Part shown: positions 37,447-47,574 of the stretch, one piece after another
How the letters are laid out: every line of letters begins with the position of its first letter
How positions within the stretch are numbered: the stretch's first letter is position 1
Assembly (NCBI GenBank): GCA_963663385.2
Contig: CAXXXD010000002.1
Location: forward strand, 128,001-192,000
DNA: 64,000 bases
Source: Oceanispirochaeta sp.
GTDB lineage: Bacteria > Spirochaetota > Spirochaetia > DSM-2461
Direction of reading: 5' to 3'
The notes under the pieces: generated by a model
Told to the model about the DNA's origin: nothing
Database searches by the model: none
The model's input: only the letters and a program-made list of their open reading frames with translations
Program-made: the position numbers and the translations under genes

Positions 37447-38940
37447 ATGAAAACTGTAATCGGTATTGATAACGGTACACAGAGTACTAAAGTCATATTT
37501 TATGATTTTGAGAATAAGGAGATCGTCGCATCAGCGTCTGCTCCGCATGAGCTGATAAGTCTGGAGGATGGTACCAGGGAGCAGAAAGCTTCCTGGTGGA
37601 TCGATGCACTTCAGAGCTGTTTTGATCAAATTGATCCGGAAATCAAAAAAACAGCCATTGCGGCTGGTGTTTCAGGGCAGCAGCATGGCTTTGTTCCCCT
37701 TGATGTCGAAGGGAACGTTCTCAGGAATGTGAAACTCTGGTGTGATACATCTACTGCCGCAGAGTGCGCTGAACTGAGTGATGCATTTGGCGGCGATACG
37801 AAACTGCTGAATGAAGTAGGGAACCTGATACTGCCCGGTTATACTGCTTCCAAGATTCTCTGGTTCAGGAAGAATCATCCCGACGAATATGCCAGAATGG
37901 CCCATATCCTTCTGCCCCATGATTATCTGAACTATTACCTGACTGGTGAGTATGTTATGGAATTCGGTGATGCCTCCGGTACGGCTCTTCTGGATGTGAA
38001 GACCAGAACCTGGCATAACGACCTTGTGAAGGTCCTGGATCCGGAGAGGAGCCTGTTCGACTGTCTGCCGAAGCTTATCGAGTCACGGGAAGTGGCCGGC
38101 CATATTCTGGACGATGTCGCCGGAAAACTGGGAATTCCCGCCGGAATTCCCGTTTCCTCCGGAGGAGGTGACAATATGATGGGCGCTGTGGGCACGGGAA
38201 CGAACCGGGCCGGTGTTCTGACCATGAGTCTGGGGACCAGCGGAACCCTCTACGGCTATTCGGATTCTCCGGTGATTGATCCGGATGGTCACCTTGCTTC
38301 CTTCTGTTCCAGTACCGGGGGCTGGCTGCCTCTTCTCTGTACCATGAACTGTACAGTCGCTACTGAGCAGATGCGGCAGCTTTTCGAATATGGTGTAAAG
38401 GAATTTGATGAACTGGGGGCTTCCGCCCCTGCAGGGAGCGAAGGGATTTTGACTCTGCCTTTCTTTAATGGTGAACGGATTCCCAATTTCCCCAACGGGA
38501 AGGGTTGTATTATGGGAATGACAGCAGGCAACGTGAAGAAGGAGAATATCTTCCGTTCTGCTCTGGAATCGGCGATTCTGGGGATGAAACTGGGAGTGGA
38601 TTCCTTTCTGAAACTGGGGTTTAAGGCCCGGGAAGTCCGTTTGATCGGCGGCGGAGCCAACTCAGCAGTGTGGCGTCAGATTACAGCGGATATTCTGAAT
38701 CTGCCTGTTGTTGTTCCGGAAGCGTCAGAAGCGGCTGCCCTGGGAGGAGCCCTGCAGGCACTCTGGTGTTATAATTCTCTGCAGGGAGATGCGGGAAGTA
38801 TCAGTGCCCTGGTTGATGAGCATGTGGTGCTGGACGAAAGGAAAAGCTGTACCCCCAATCCGCAAAATGTTGAGGTCTATAAAAAGGTTTACGCTGATTA
38901 TACAGCCTATGTCGGTGCCCTGAGCGGTCTTTTCAGCTGA
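37447..38940 (+). CDS. xylB: Xylulokinase (FGGY family)
   Basis: GIDNGTQSTK, SGQQHG, KLWCD, GDASGT, GGGDNM, SLGTSG, NGERIP, IGGGANS. Confidence 0.92.
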   Translation: MKTVIGIDNGTQSTKVIFYDFENKEIVASASAPHELISLEDGTREQKASWWIDALQSCFDQIDPEIKKTAIAAGVSGQQHGFVPLDVEGNVLRNVKLWCDTSTAAECAELSDAFGGDTKLLNEVGNLILPGYTASKILWFRKNHPDEYARMAHILLPHDYLNYYLTGEYVMEFGDASGTALLDVKTRTWHNDLVKVLDPERSLFDCLPKLIESREVAGHILDDVAGKLGIPAGIPVSSGGGDNMMGAVGTGTNRAGVLTMSLGTSGTLYGYSDSPVIDPDGHLASFCSSTGGWLPLLCTMNCTVATEQMRQLFEYGVKEFDELGASAPAGSEGILTLPFFNGERIPNFPNGKGCIMGMTAGNVKKENIFRSALESAILGMKLGVDSFLKLGFKAREVRLIGGGANSAVWRQITADILNLPVVVPEASEAAALGGALQALWCYNSLQGDAGSISALVDEHVVLDERKSCTPNPQNVEVYKKVYADYTAYVGALSGLFS

Positions 38941-39005
38941 TTCGCCTCCCCTCGCAGGATCCCCATAGATAATGGAACTACTGATCCCTGAGCGGAGTCG
39001 AGGGG

Positions 39006-40283
39006 TCAGTACTCGTATTTCATACGGATATAAAAATTATCATAATCGTATGAACGGACCAGGCTGTTGTCCGATGGTTCTCCCGTATTGATATCCGCCC
39101 CGGTTTCCAGTTTTAAACGGTCGGATAAGGCATAGGAGACCCGGGGGGCAAAGTAGATATTCGGGTGAAGGTATCCCGCATTCATTCCCAGGTAGAGTTT
39201 TTCCCTCAGAAAGCTTTTGTGCAGGTGAACGATAGCAAAGGCTATATGCTCCCGGGGCTGGATAAAGTAATCACTAAACTCATCTTTCAAAGTGTCGTAC
39301 AAGGCGCTGTCATAAACCTCATCCGTTTCATCATAGTTCAGAATATACTGGTAGATAATATTCACCTGGGCAAATGTTCCGTTCAGAATAGTACGGGTAA
39401 ACTGGGTGTCTGCTGTAATAAAGGAGTTTTTGACTCCCGGATCCTTTCCGTCCGGATCGTCTGTCATGGTAAACGCAAGATCTTCTGAAATTACCGTATT
39501 TCCGACGGTGGCGCTTATCCCGGCTCCAAACAGATTGTTTCGGCTGTAGTCTAAATCTGCTGTACCGATCAAATCCGTCGTGGTTTCTTCCAGATCCGAC
39601 AGGTCGAATCCGGGGGCCTGATCCGTATACCATCCATATACCAGCTGCAGATCGTAGCTGGGGGAAAAATGGTAGTAGCGCAAAAAGAGAGAATGGGGAT
39701 TTGCTGTTAAAAAGGGCTGATCTTCAAAATCAAGCGCAACGCTGCTGTCTGACATTTCTATGCATCCTCTGGGCTCATAATTCGGCCTGGGAAAGGGGAT
39801 GTAGATCAGTTCAAGGGTATCGTCGAAATTCGGGTAGTACTGGATCTGCAGCATCAGATCGGCTCTTTTGGCATCGTAGGGATCGTCCAGGCTGAACAGG
39901 ACGGGATTACTGCCGTTGATAACATTGAGGGGACTGAACACATCGGCAAAGCCGAAGGTCTCATATTTCTGGCCGAGGGAAAGATCAAAATCACCCAGTG
40001 GAAAGGAAAAAAAGGCTTCCCGCAGGATATTGGACGGGTCAACAAAGCCCTCCTCCCCTATTGGCTCATACCATACGTTGGCAGAGGCTGTAAAATCCAC
40101 CGCATAATTGAAAAGGGACGCCTGAAACTCCGGTTGGGCATAGTAGCGGTTCCTCAGATTGTCATAATCCTCTCCGTTTTCTATCCGGCCGTAGTAGTCA
40201 ATATAACTTAAAAACCGGAACTCTCCCGCCGACAGAATGGAGAGCGTCGCCGTCAGGAGTAATGCGCTAAGAAATTTCTTCAT
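39006..40283 (-). CDS. Exported, probably outer-membrane beta-barrel protein (DUF1302-like partner of MMPL/LolA-like genes)
   Basis: Signal peptide; LREAF...LGQK...FGFAD; aromatic-rich strands; C-terminal YIRMKYEY resembles a beta-signal. Gene context supports the call. Confidence 0.65.
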   Translation of the reverse strand: MKKFLSALLLTATLSILSAGEFRFLSYIDYYGRIENGEDYDNLRNRYYAQPEFQASLFNYAVDFTASANVWYEPIGEEGFVDPSNILREAFFSFPLGDFDLSLGQKYETFGFADVFSPLNVINGSNPVLFSLDDPYDAKRADLMLQIQYYPNFDDTLELIYIPFPRPNYEPRGCIEMSDSSVALDFEDQPFLTANPHSLFLRYYHFSPSYDLQLVYGWYTDQAPGFDLSDLEETTTDLIGTADLDYSRNNLFGAGISATVGNTVISEDLAFTMTDDPDGKDPGVKNSFITADTQFTRTILNGTFAQVNIIYQYILNYDETDEVYDSALYDTLKDEFSDYFIQPREHIAFAIVHLHKSFLREKLYLGMNAGYLHPNIYFAPRVSYALSDRLKLETGADINTGEPSDNSLVRSYDYDNFYIRMKYEY

Positions 40284-41063
40284 CTATCTGTTTCTCAGGT
40301 AGCGTGTGGTAAAGATGTTTTCGGGGATCTCATCCATATTATAGTCAAAGAACTCCAGTACTGACTTGTGGTCCGACTGGACATTGTGCATGGTGATTCT
40401 GGTGGGATAGATGGATTCTCCCCTTTTCAGGATCTCTCCAACCCGGTAGGTCTTCAGAAGATTTTCCGAGAGGTCGTAGTAGTCTCTGCCGAAAAGGTAG
40501 TGATCCGACTGGCTGTAGTAATTGACCATATAGCTGTAGCCCATTTTCTGCCTCTGTTCCAGATCACTGGCCCAGTCTTTAATAACGTAACAGGGATGAC
40601 CGTCCAGAATCTCCTCTCCCAGGTATTCCCGCTGGTAATCCTCCTGGGTTTTCATAATGAAATCGGCGTACGTAAAGTCGCTGCCCATAAAATAGCCGCC
40701 TCCGGACTGTTCCAGAGCGATTCTTTTAATCCTTTTTACAGCGGGAAGGTAGATCCACATATTGCTGTCCTCCCCATTGAAATAGGTATGGAGGAGAAGG
40801 CCTGTGTCCCGCACAGTAGGGGGAAAATCAAAGAGAAAGAGTATATTCGTCTGGTCTTCATCAATAACTTTCTGGTAGGCCTTTGCTTCAATTTCCCGGA
40901 CATCCCCTTTTTTGGATATCATTTTTACTTTTAGGGAACCTGAAAGATTGGGAAAGCTGAGAGAATGTATAAAATCACTCATGATTTTATCGACTCTCGC
41001 ATCCGCTGCCGCTGCAGGCATAATCATTACAAACAGAAGAAACAGAAAAATTATCTTTTTCAT
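40284..41063 (-). CDS. Outer-membrane lipoprotein-sorting protein (LolA-like fold)
   Basis: Signal peptide; FDFPPTVRDTGLL, MWIYLPAVKRIKRI, FMGSDFTYAD, IFTTRYL. Confidence 0.85.
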   Translation of the reverse strand: MKKIIFLFLLFVMIMPAAAADARVDKIMSDFIHSLSFPNLSGSLKVKMISKKGDVREIEAKAYQKVIDEDQTNILFLFDFPPTVRDTGLLLHTYFNGEDSNMWIYLPAVKRIKRIALEQSGGGYFMGSDFTYADFIMKTQEDYQREYLGEEILDGHPCYVIKDWASDLEQRQKMGYSYMVNYYSQSDHYLFGRDYYDLSENLLKTYRVGEILKRGESIYPTRITMHNVQSDHKSVLEFFDYNMDEIPENIFTTRYLRNR

Positions 41064-43262
41064 TTATTCCTTTACCTCTTGATTTTTTTTATGGGGAAGC
41101 GCCAGTAACGGCAGCAGGTACATACTTAAAAAATAGGAGATAAGAAGGGACGTTATCAGAAGCAGACCCAGATTCCGGGCTCCCCTGAAAGAGGAGAGAA
41201 AAAGGACAGAAAAGGAAAAGAGGGAAGTCAGGAAGCTGAGGAATATGGGAACCCCGCTGTAACTGACAATAAACTCATACCCTTCTTCCCGGTTATTATC
41301 TTTTTTCAAGGATTCAATGGCCGCCAGCGTATGGATGCTGTAGTCGATCACAAGTCCCGTAATAATGGCTACGAATATTATGGAGAAGGAATCAATACTC
41401 AGAGAGAGACTGGCAATAATCCCGAAGGAGAAAATCATACTGAAAATGGCTGGTATCAGGCTCAGGAGGGCCAGGCGGATATTCCTGTAGAATACAAGAA
41501 CTGTCAGAAAGATCAGGAAACTTCCCAGCAGAAACGAGAGAATCCAGTTATACTGAAGTTTTTTCTGTTCCTTTTCCAGGTTATCAATCATGCCGTGAAT
41601 AGACATACTCCACCCCGGGGGGAGGTTGTTTCCAATGCTTTCCGTAACCTCCCTGAAATCATTCAGATTTTCCACGTTCTTATAGTATACCATCCCTTTG
41701 ATGGAGAAGAAACGGTAGGAAGCGTCCAGAAGTGATTCGTATTCCAGGGGATCAACGGAAGAAGAGTAGTAAAGCAGGTACTGCTCTATCAGCATAGGGT
41801 AGATCCCCTCAAAGGCCGGATCTGTCAGCAGGGTCTCTTCCGAGCCCTGAAAGAAGTAGTTCATCCGTTTAAGAACCGTCAGCAGGGAGTAGGCATAGCC
41901 GACAGAGTTGTTTTCTTCCAGGCTGGAGTGGATCCTGTCCATGGCCAGAATGGAATCTTTGGTCATAATGCCGTTTTTCTCACCTGTGTCAATTTCGATA
42001 AAATAGGGCACTGTTCCGAAAAAAGTTTCATTTATCAGGGTATCCGCTTTTTTTACGGTAATGTTCCGGGGCAGCTGTTCGATCGGGTAGGGTTCAATTT
42101 TCAGATTCGGTATCTGGATCATACCCCAGATCCCGATGATTACAAGAAGGATAAAGATATAGAGTCTATGTCTGGTTATCCCCCTGAAAAAAGCTATCTG
42201 AAAGTTTTTAAACCGGGGCAGCAGCAGCTTTCCCGGTTTATTGAACTTCATGTAGGGAAACCAGAGGAATACGCCAAAAAAGGTCAGGACGATGCAGGCC
42301 GAAATCAGACTCCCCAGCTGGAGGTGCCCTGTCCCGTCCAGCACTACAAGAGACAGAAATCCGGTTAGTGTGGAAAGAACTGTCAGGGTGAGGGGAAACA
42401 GAAGGCGGCGGCGTACCGAATGCCCGTCTGTAACCGAAGGCTCATAAAACAGGTGATAGAAGTAGTGAATGATATAGTCGCTCAGAAGACCCATTCCGAA
42501 AACGGGAACCAGCAGGATCAGGGGGGAATTCTCTATCCCCAGAAAGTGGATAAAATTATAGGCGGACACCACCGATAGGAGGAGAAGCCCCCAGGAGAGG
42601 GTTATGGCTTTCCAGTTCCGGAAACTGAGAAACACGACCATAACCAGCAGTATCAGGATAGGGAAAAAGACCAGTATATCCTTGGTCAGAAGCTGTTCCG
42701 TCTTGGCCAGAATGGGAGCCCTTCCGGTATAATCAAAGGGAAGAGTATTGCTGTATTTCTGCTGGAGCCCTTTCAGCTGACTTTCTATATCTACAGTTGT
42801 GGTGTAGTTTCCAAAGTAGACGTAGAACAGGAGGGTATCCATGGCATTGTTTACATAGGGCTGCAGTTCCGGGTATCGGGGGATGGCCGATGGGAGGGAC
42901 CCGAGGAAATCCGGTGTTAACTCATCCCTGTTTTTCGGGATAATGCCGGCAACAATAATATCGTCCGCTTCTGATTTGATTACCTGGGCGCTTATCAGGG
43001 ACTCTACTTTACTGGTCCCGTTCAGCCTGGTAAAATCCTGTTCCAGATTCAGCAGCTTTTCAAAAGTGGCCGCATCAGTCAGCGACAGATTTCTGTCTTT
43101 CAGGTTTACGGTTACTACGACCACATTCTTCTGGGGAACCAGCAGGTTGGTTTCCATATCGGCATATACGGTTAATTCTTCCGTTTTTTTTTCCGGTGCG
43201 AATAGAATAAACAGTATGGTCAGCAGAATCGTTATGGCGAGAAAACCGTATTTCTTCAACAT
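41064..43262 (-). CDS. MMPL/RND-family transporter
   Basis: Two repeats of TM, large loop and five TMs; proton-relay-like GLLSDY and GLVIDY motifs. Confidence 0.85.
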   Translation of the reverse strand: MLKKYGFLAITILLTILFILFAPEKKTEELTVYADMETNLLVPQKNVVVVTVNLKDRNLSLTDAATFEKLLNLEQDFTRLNGTSKVESLISAQVIKSEADDIIVAGIIPKNRDELTPDFLGSLPSAIPRYPELQPYVNNAMDTLLFYVYFGNYTTTVDIESQLKGLQQKYSNTLPFDYTGRAPILAKTEQLLTKDILVFFPILILLVMVVFLSFRNWKAITLSWGLLLLSVVSAYNFIHFLGIENSPLILLVPVFGMGLLSDYIIHYFYHLFYEPSVTDGHSVRRRLLFPLTLTVLSTLTGFLSLVVLDGTGHLQLGSLISACIVLTFFGVFLWFPYMKFNKPGKLLLPRFKNFQIAFFRGITRHRLYIFILLVIIGIWGMIQIPNLKIEPYPIEQLPRNITVKKADTLINETFFGTVPYFIEIDTGEKNGIMTKDSILAMDRIHSSLEENNSVGYAYSLLTVLKRMNYFFQGSEETLLTDPAFEGIYPMLIEQYLLYYSSSVDPLEYESLLDASYRFFSIKGMVYYKNVENLNDFREVTESIGNNLPPGWSMSIHGMIDNLEKEQKKLQYNWILSFLLGSFLIFLTVLVFYRNIRLALLSLIPAIFSMIFSFGIIASLSLSIDSFSIIFVAIITGLVIDYSIHTLAAIESLKKDNNREEGYEFIVSYSGVPIFLSFLTSLFSFSVLFLSSFRGARNLGLLLITSLLISYFLSMYLLPLLALPHKKNQEVKE

Positions 43263-43320
43263 TGATAATCCTTTTTTTCCGGTCTATTATTTTTGAAATT
43301 ACCCTTAATCCTCTGATTAT

Positions 43321-43349
43321 AGTATAGGAAAATGAACTGCCTTTCTCAA
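43321..43349 (-). promoter_or_regulatory. sigma70-type promoter of the MMPL operon
   Basis: Minus strand TTGAGA (43349-43344)-17 nt-TATACT (43326-43321). Confidence 0.6.
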
Positions 43350-43365
43350 GACTGGTCCCCGGGGT

Positions 43366-45531
43366 TTATAAAAGTGTAATTTTGTCGGTCAAAAGGATAT
43401 TCTGACTGCTGTTCCCCACAAGGATATAGAAATCCCCCGGTTCCAGGCGCCAGTCTCCCCTGTAGGGATCGTAGTACTGGAATGCTCTTTTATTTAATGA
43501 GAAACGGACCGTCTTCGATTCCCCCGGTTCCAGGAAAATCTTGCTGAAACCCTTCAGTTCCTTGGGCGGTCTTATAAGGGTGCTGTCATCATCACCCACA
43601 TAGATCTGAACAGTCTCTGCACCAGCGGTATTCCCGGTATTTTCTACAGAAAGCGAGCCCCTTACCATTGTTTCCTCCTCATTCAGAATCTCTGTTTTCA
43701 GCCCGGTAAAACTGAAATTCGTGTAGGATAAACCGAATCCGAATGGAAACAGGGGGGTAATGTTTTCTCTGTCGAAATGCCGGTATCCAATAAAGATACC
43801 TTCCTGGTAGTCCATGGGGTGTACCCTGCGGATCAGAGGATTCCCCTGTCCCAGGTAAATCCGGCCGGCATTGGTTTTCCCCGGATCCGATACATAATGT
43901 GCGGTTGATCCGAAATCCTCCCAATGTTCGGACATGGTAAAGGGCAGTTTCCCCGATGGATTTCTTGTTCCGAACAGTATATCCGCCAGGGCGTTTCCTG
44001 CGGTTTCTCCCAGATAAAAACTGTGGATAAAGCCTTTGACTTTATCGATCCATCCTGTTGTATTAACTCCGCCTCCTGCTGTAAGCACCACCAGTGTATT
44101 GGGGTTCAGTTCTGTTGTTTCCAGTATGCTGTCGGACTGGCCGTAGGGGAGGTCCCATGACCTGTCCCAGCATTCGCTTTCTTCCAGGTGGGAGTATCCG
44201 GCACAGTAAAGAACCGCATCGGCGGAACGTATGCGCTCCATTTCATTTGAAGACAGCTTCTCCGGGGACCAGGGAATATGATCAATAGTCTTTTCCCCGC
44301 AGGCATTCCTCAACCCGGTCAGAAAGTCCGTTGCATTTTCTGTTTGAACATAGCTGCTGCCGCCTCCTCCGGTTTCCGTTCTTTCCGCCATTCGGCCCAT
44401 TACAACGATAACTCCCGGTTCCCCGGGGGTAAAGGGGAGTATGTTTTCCTTGTTTTTCAGAAGGACAATCCCTTCGGAGGCGACTTCTCCGGCCAGGTCA
44501 ACATGCTCTTTGCAGTAGAAAGATGATTCAGGGTCTTTCTGGGGACGGTCATATATGCCGCATTTGAAGAGGGTCCCCATTAAATTCCGGACCATCCGGT
44601 CTATGTCTTCTATCCTGATCCGACCCTTCGCCAGCTCTTTCTGAATTTTTTTCTCCGTCAGCCATCTGGCATGGGGCATTTCGATATCCAGACCATTTCT
44701 AACGGGACCCGAAGTGGAATAGAGGCTGTTCCAGTCGCTCATAACCAGGCCGTCAAACTCCCACTCTTTTCTGAGTATTTCCGTTAAAAGGTGATGGTTC
44801 TCGCTGGAGTAGCTTCCATTTACCGGGTTGTAGGCGCTCATGACCCCCCTGGTTCCACCTTCTTTGACTGCCATTTCAAAGGCCGGAAGGTATATCTCCC
44901 TTAATGTCCTCTCACTGACAGTCGAGTCTGTTTTATGCCGGTCGTATTCGGAGTTGTTACAGGCGAAGTGTTTGACTGTAGTGATAACCCCGCTTGCCTG
45001 GGCTCCCCTTATATAAGCGGAAGCCATCTTTCCGGCCAGAAAGGGATCTTCCCCCATATATTCAAAATTTCTTCCACAGGTGGGAACCCTGTATATATTA
45101 ATGCCCGGCCCCAGGAGTATGGATACTCCTGTATGACGGAACTCTTCTCCGATGGCTGCCCCGGCTTTTTCAATCAGATCCTGATTCCAGGTGGCAGCCA
45201 TGGACAGGGGGGCGGGGAAGGCTGTTCCTCCCTTAAAGCAGCGAAGACCGGCTGTCGCGTCGCTGCACCAGATACTGGGAAGGCCGTATCGGGGCAGGGG
45301 GTGAATCCCCAGCTCCTTGTAGCCCCCGATGAAACGGATCTTTTCTTCCAGACTCATCTGATGGAGAATGGATTCCGTCCTTTCCTCCGGGGCGATATGG
45401 GAGTCATCCCTTCCCGGAAAATCGCAGTCTTCAACAGATTCCTTATGCATCCGCCGGCTTTCATCATTCATTTCCCGACTGCCGTCCATACGGGACGTAA
45501 TTTTCCTTTTGATTCCGATATTCTGTACCAT
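43366..45531 (-). CDS. Glycoside hydrolase family 3 beta-glucosidase (cytoplasmic, C-terminal Fn3-like domain)
   Basis: GRNFEYMGEDP, KHFACN, nucleophile region VMSDW, GIVLLKN, PSGKLP, FPFGFGLSYT, KELKGF. Start uncertain between about 45450 and 45540; no signal peptide. Confidence 0.92.
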   Translation of the reverse strand: MVQNIGIKRKITSRMDGSREMNDESRRMHKESVEDCDFPGRDDSHIAPEERTESILHQMSLEEKIRFIGGYKELGIHPLPRYGLPSIWCSDATAGLRCFKGGTAFPAPLSMAATWNQDLIEKAGAAIGEEFRHTGVSILLGPGINIYRVPTCGRNFEYMGEDPFLAGKMASAYIRGAQASGVITTVKHFACNNSEYDRHKTDSTVSERTLREIYLPAFEMAVKEGGTRGVMSAYNPVNGSYSSENHHLLTEILRKEWEFDGLVMSDWNSLYSTSGPVRNGLDIEMPHARWLTEKKIQKELAKGRIRIEDIDRMVRNLMGTLFKCGIYDRPQKDPESSFYCKEHVDLAGEVASEGIVLLKNKENILPFTPGEPGVIVVMGRMAERTETGGGGSSYVQTENATDFLTGLRNACGEKTIDHIPWSPEKLSSNEMERIRSADAVLYCAGYSHLEESECWDRSWDLPYGQSDSILETTELNPNTLVVLTAGGGVNTTGWIDKVKGFIHSFYLGETAGNALADILFGTRNPSGKLPFTMSEHWEDFGSTAHYVSDPGKTNAGRIYLGQGNPLIRRVHPMDYQEGIFIGYRHFDRENITPLFPFGFGLSYTNFSFTGLKTEILNEEETMVRGSLSVENTGNTAGAETVQIYVGDDDSTLIRPPKELKGFSKIFLEPGESKTVRFSLNKRAFQYYDPYRGDWRLEPGDFYILVGNSSQNILLTDKITLL

Positions 45532-45695
45532 ATATCTCACCCCTTAAGGATTCTCTACTATATAATTATCCTGATGAAACGGTTCGGGTCAAATATAATC
45601 TGACAGGATCTGAGTATAATGAAAAGAGAAAGGTTGGTCTTTTTTCCTCTTCTGTCCTATAATAAATAAACTATTCATATCTTAAAGGAGCGGGT

Positions 45696-46208
45696 ATGTA
45701 TTTTAGGCGCTTGAAGGTTTCTCTATTAACGATTGCTCTGCTGCTTACTGCGGTTTCATTGACAGCAGCTCTGGATACGGGAGACAGTCTCCCTCCTTTT
45801 TCCGTTGTCTCGGGTGACGGAAAAATCCTTATTGATATGGACCTGATAGGAAAGCATACTTTTCTTTTTTATGAAGACCGTTCTAAAATGGATATGAATG
45901 AAGGACTGAAGTCATTTCTTATGGCACAGGGATATAGCGATGAAGAGGTTCTTTTCATTGTTGTAGCTGACTGTTCAAAGGCAGGAGTATTCAAGCGGGT
46001 ATGGCAGACTCAATTGGAGGATGCTTCCCGAAAAAGCGGCAGCACGATCTACGGGGACTGGAACGGCCGTATGAAAGATTCTTTCCGCGCAGCAGATAAA
46101 ACATCTTCATTCTATATAATAGATCCCGCCGGTACGGTCAGATACTTCCGTGAGGGAGTCGTTCCGGAAAGCGAATTTCAGGAGATCAATGGCATCGTAT
46201 CACCTTAG
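45696..46208 (+). CDS. Exported thioredoxin-fold protein lacking CxxC (YtfJ/redoxin-like)
   Basis: Signal peptide; GDSLPPFSV, IYGDWNG, FYIIDPAGTVRY. Confidence 0.65.
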   Translation: MYFRRLKVSLLTIALLLTAVSLTAALDTGDSLPPFSVVSGDGKILIDMDLIGKHTFLFYEDRSKMDMNEGLKSFLMAQGYSDEEVLFIVVADCSKAGVFKRVWQTQLEDASRKSGSTIYGDWNGRMKDSFRAADKTSSFYIIDPAGTVRYFREGVVPESEFQEINGIVSP

Positions 46209-46233
46209 GGGATAAACGGTGTAATGGAATTCT

Positions 46234-47574
46234 ATGAAAAAATACAAATTCTCGGACAGGCAGCTTCTCTTCCTGTATTTTCTATCCCTTATCTCTTTGG
46301 GAGTACTCTTTTTATCTCTCCCCTTTTCCTATGTGAACGGGCATGCCGCACCCTGGATAGACCGGCTGTTTACGGCTGTCTCCGCAGTCTGCGTCACCGG
46401 ATTGTCCACTTTCCCCACCGGGGATCTCAGCCGTATGGGGCAGATATTCCTTCTTCTCCTGATCCAGGCCGGAGGGTTGGGCTATGTAACTTTTACAACA
46501 CTCTTTCTTTTCTTCCCCGGGTCCCGTTTCTCCTTAAGGGACTCCTCGATTATTCAGCAGTATTTCGGTGAGAATCAGATCATGCAGCCCCGGTATATAT
46601 TGCTGAATATCCTTGGATTGACATTCGGCCTGGAGTTGTTTGGGGCCCTGATACTCTACCCGGGGATGCTCAGGCAGAATGTGGGGTCACCCGCTTTCTC
46701 CTCCGTTTTTCACGGGATCTCCGCCTTCTGCAATGCGGGTTTTTCCCTGTACCCGGACAGCCTTACCCGTTTTTCCGGTAATTCTCTTGTATTGGGAGGC
46801 GTTTCCCTGATGATTGTTACGGGCGGGCTGGGATTTATGGTTTTATGGAACCTGGGAAAGAAACTGCGGAATGGCAGATCTGTAAGACTGATGTATCATA
46901 CCCGTTTGATGCTGGTTCTGACTCCTCTCTTTATCCTGGGAGGGTTTGTATTTTTCCTGATTCAGGAAAGAACCGGTTTGCTGAAGTCCTATTCCACGCT
47001 AGACGCTATGCAGGCGGCCCTCTTTCAATCCATTACAACAAGAACGGCAGGGTTTAATACGATTGATCAGGGACAGCTCTCTCAACCCTCCCTGATTGTC
47101 ACCCTTCTTTTAATGATTACAGGAGGCGGTTCCGGATCCACTGCAGGAGGACTGAAGGTTTCCACGGTTTTTCTTCTGGCCCTTATTCTGACAAAAGGAG
47201 TGGATGACTATGGAGAGGTCAGTTTTCTGAAACGGCGGATAAGCCGTGACCAGTTGAACCGGGCAGGGTTTTATCTTATGAAAGCCGTTATGATCCTTTT
47301 CTTTAGCGTGCTTCTGGTAGCTCTGGTGGAGGAATCCCGCTGGGGAAGCGGTTTTTCTTTGACACAGATCGTATTTGAATGCGTTTCTGCTCTGGGGACT
47401 GTCGGTCTGAGCATGGGGATAACAGCGAACCTGCATCTTCTGAGCAAGCTGGTTATTATCTTTACAATGTTTGCGGGGCGGGTCGCCCTGTTTGCCATAA
47501 TTATGCCTCAGGTATATGATACGAAAGTTCAGAGGTATATCCGCTATCCGAAAGGGGAGGTTTTAATAGGATGA
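46234..47574 (+). CDS. ktrB: Ktr/Trk potassium uptake membrane subunit
   Basis: Four pore-loop glycine motifs: CVTGL, CNAGF, RTAGF, GTVGL. Confidence 0.9.
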   Translation: MKKYKFSDRQLLFLYFLSLISLGVLFLSLPFSYVNGHAAPWIDRLFTAVSAVCVTGLSTFPTGDLSRMGQIFLLLLIQAGGLGYVTFTTLFLFFPGSRFSLRDSSIIQQYFGENQIMQPRYILLNILGLTFGLELFGALILYPGMLRQNVGSPAFSSVFHGISAFCNAGFSLYPDSLTRFSGNSLVLGGVSLMIVTGGLGFMVLWNLGKKLRNGRSVRLMYHTRLMLVLTPLFILGGFVFFLIQERTGLLKSYSTLDAMQAALFQSITTRTAGFNTIDQGQLSQPSLIVTLLLMITGGGSGSTAGGLKVSTVFLLALILTKGVDDYGEVSFLKRRISRDQLNRAGFYLMKAVMILFFSVLLVALVEESRWGSGFSLTQIVFECVSALGTVGLSMGITANLHLLSKLVIIFTMFAGRVALFAIIMPQVYDTKVQRYIRYPKGEVLIG

